A DNA stretch of 16,834 nucleotides from the NCBI GenBank assembly GCA_044356455.1, contig JBIKWF010000101.1, positions 1 to 16,834 of the forward strand. The letters run 5' to 3'. Within the stretch, counting starts at the first letter, position 1. Every line of letters begins with the position of its first letter. The notes under the pieces are model-generated. The model did no database searches, was not told where the DNA came from, and was given only the letters and a program-made list of their open reading frames with translations. Positions 14,956 to 16,834 of the stretch are shown here, piece after piece. A program made the translations under genes and the position numbers. Source of the DNA: Bdellovibrionota bacterium (lineage in GTDB: Bacteria > Bdellovibrionota_C > UBA2361 > JBGSMV01).

Positions 14956-15107
14956 ACCACAAAGGACGCAAGGGACACAAAGGAACACGTTCAAATAGCG
15001 AGGAGCCAGCCCCCTAGAAAATTCTCGCCGCTACAGGTTGTGGTGGCGACGGGACACACTCCTAGTTTTAATAGAGCTTTCTTTGCGTCCTTAGCGTCCT
15101 TTGTGGT
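14956..15107. repeat. Pair of inverted 27-bp 9-mer arms around a 98-bp spacer
   Basis: ACCACAAAGGACGCAAGGGACACAAAG (14956-14982) versus reverse complement of 15081-15107 ACCACAAAGGACGCTAAGGACGCAAAG, 24/27. Confidence 0.8.
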
Positions 15108-15405
15108 CCAAGAATATTTTAAGAAATTGAGCGTATTACGCCAAACATCCTTGCGCCCTGCCCAGAGGGGGAGTCATTACAGCCTGCCACCAAGAGCTAT
15201 AACGCACATCGTATCATGTCAGACCTTTCAAGAATCCAATCTCCGCGTGACAATAGGAGGCGAATCTTCGCGGCCATCTGACAACTTATGCTTAAGCGGG
15301 AATATTCTTCATCTGGTTCGCCAAACTAAACGCAGCGTAGCTTCCGCGATGGATTTTTTATTCGTCTGAGACCGGTGAAATCTTATCGAGGACCTCAAAG
15401 AGAGT

Positions 15406-16542
15406 ATGTTGCAAAAACTTAATCTGAATAGCTACCACGCGCTGCTCGCGCTTGTGATTCTCTGCTCAGCCTCCGCATATGCCTCTCCTCCCCCAAGCCC
15501 CTTGGCGTTCAAACTTGGCGCCGTCGCACCCCTCTCTGGGGATTTTGCCGAATATGGAGAGCAAATTCAGCGCGCCATGACACTCGCCAAGGAGAGTCTT
15601 GAGAAAGAGTTTCCTGAAGTATCTCTCACGCTTGTCTACGAAGACGCCTGTCTGCCAGCCCAGGCAGTATCTGCCGCAAAGAAACTTGCGACGGTAGATA
15701 AAATTAACGCGCTTGTCGGCAGCTACTGCGTGATTGGCATGATTCCCATGGCGCCCATCTTAAACGAGGCTAAAATTCCGGCACTTCACTCCTCTGCAGT
15801 GTCCGACGAACTACTTGCGGTGGGCGGCTTCATCTCAACAACAAACATCGCCATTCGTGACGAAGCTCGCGCAGCGGCTGAGATAGCAATTCAGTCGTTG
15901 AACACCAAACGCGCCGGAACATTTTACATTTCCTCACAGTGGGGCGAAAATTATTCGAAGTATTTTACCCAGAGGTTTATTGAACTTGGCGGGAAGCCGG
16001 CGGCTACCGTTGAAACCACAAAATGGACTGGCGATTTTCGCGCGGAGCTCACTCGCCTTCGGGCAAGTAATCCCGATGTTTTATTCGTCGCCCATGTAGG
16101 AAAAGAATTCTCGAACGTAGTGCGTCAAGCACGCCAGATTGGCATAAAAGCTCAAATACTTGGCCCCCACGAAGCAACGGAAGTCGACAAGGAGGCCTCT
16201 GAGGCGCTCGAAGGCACCCTGCTCATTTCCCCGGTGCATCCGCGCGGGAGTTCCTCTCCCATGGAAGAACACTATCGCACCCGCTTTGGAACTGCCCCAA
16301 GCGTGCTTTCGCGAAACGCCTACGACGCTTCTCGAATAGCAACCCGCGCGCTTGTGGCTTGCAGAGGAGAGTCTACGTGCACGCAGGCAAAAATTATCGC
16401 CACCTCAAATTTTGAGGGCGAAAGTGGCACGTTTTCAATTCGTCAGGGGCGCGGCGCTTCTAAGCAGTTTGAAACTTTGCAGTGGCAAGGCGGAGCCGAT
16501 CTCCCAGTGAACCTCACTAATCCGCCACCACCGCATCACTAA
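15406..16542 (+). CDS. Branched-chain amino acid-type ABC substrate-binding protein (LivK/LivJ-like), orphan
   Basis: Signal peptide; KLGAVAPLSGDFAEYG, LVYEDAC, LVGSYC, DFRAELTRL...PDVLF, AYDA and FEGESGTF. Confidence 0.85.
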   Translation: MLQKLNLNSYHALLALVILCSASAYASPPPSPLAFKLGAVAPLSGDFAEYGEQIQRAMTLAKESLEKEFPEVSLTLVYEDACLPAQAVSAAKKLATVDKINALVGSYCVIGMIPMAPILNEAKIPALHSSAVSDELLAVGGFISTTNIAIRDEARAAAEIAIQSLNTKRAGTFYISSQWGENYSKYFTQRFIELGGKPAATVETTKWTGDFRAELTRLRASNPDVLFVAHVGKEFSNVVRQARQIGIKAQILGPHEATEVDKEASEALEGTLLISPVHPRGSSSPMEEHYRTRFGTAPSVLSRNAYDASRIATRALVACRGESTCTQAKIIATSNFEGESGTFSIRQGRGASKQFETLQWQGGADLPVNLTNPPPPHH

Positions 16543-16834
16543 GCGGCGGCTTCAATAATCGCTTCCTGCCTTCAAGGCACTGAGCGGCGAGATCTGGATG
16601 GGTGTCCTTAAGCCTTGCCATCTGACCGAGATGCTCGGCAGTCTGCATAATGAGCCTTGCCGCATCGCCTTCCGCAACGCCGCCAAGGCGCAGCAGGCCG
16701 GAGAATGAGGTCCAGTCTTCCGCATCCAGCCACGTCATCACCGTTAGCGCTGCTTCAGGCAGCACTTTGATATCCGAGTTAGGCGGCGTCTCAAATGCGC
16801 CGCGCACCTTGGTCACGCATTCGCCGATCTTTTT
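16517..16834 (-). CDS. C-terminus of Ski2/HelY-like DEAD/DEAH helicase (DSHCT-like), 5'-truncated
   Basis: Frame is open to the window end. W.....W..F......VAEGDAARLIMQTAEHLGQM....HPDLA resembles the DSHCT EGD..R motif. Confidence 0.6.
   Translation of the reverse strand, partial: KKIGECVTKVRGAFETPPNSDIKVLPEAALTVMTWLDAEDWTSFSGLLRLGGVAEGDAARLIMQTAEHLGQMARLKDTHPDLAAQCLEGRKRLLKPPLSDAVVAD

Noticed and set aside
3025..15107. CRISPR interpretation of the dispersed repeats or the TCTAC triplet
   Set aside because: No regularly spaced identical repeats of 23 nt or more with unique spacers; no cas genes.
15217..15283. Riboswitch upstream of the LivK-like gene (TGTCAGA/TCTGACA, CCGCG/CGCGG)
   Set aside because: Only short stems; no glycine, lysine or T-box consensus and no expression platform visible.

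Overview
Bacterial chromosomal window, moderately GC-rich; taxon not determinable with confidence. Genes in order: 3' end of a ComEA-like helix-hairpin-helix protein; a protein O-mannosyltransferase (PMT/GT39-like) fused to an NPCBM domain; a small DUF5666-like gene behind a sigma54 promoter; an ORFan; DUF192; an SsuABC-like ABC importer; a split Aer-type PAS protein plus soluble HAMP-MCP pair; etfA/etfB; a very large Cys-rich TadE-like pilin; a LivK-like binding protein; and the 3' end of a Ski2/HelY-like helicase. The most unusual signal is intergenic. Five intergenic sites carry one family of arms built from a 9-nt unit repeated up to three times (CRCNRAGDA). At three sites the arm is coupled to IS5-like terminal inverted repeats. 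One site is an intact 141-bp MITE with a CTAA target duplication (5537-5677). A nested stack of MITE and GTAG-REP elements lies at 490-923. Two candidate structured RNAs lie at 339-462 and 4691-4798. No transposase, CRISPR array, tRNA or rRNA was found. All protein calls come from motif recognition by eye, not database searches.
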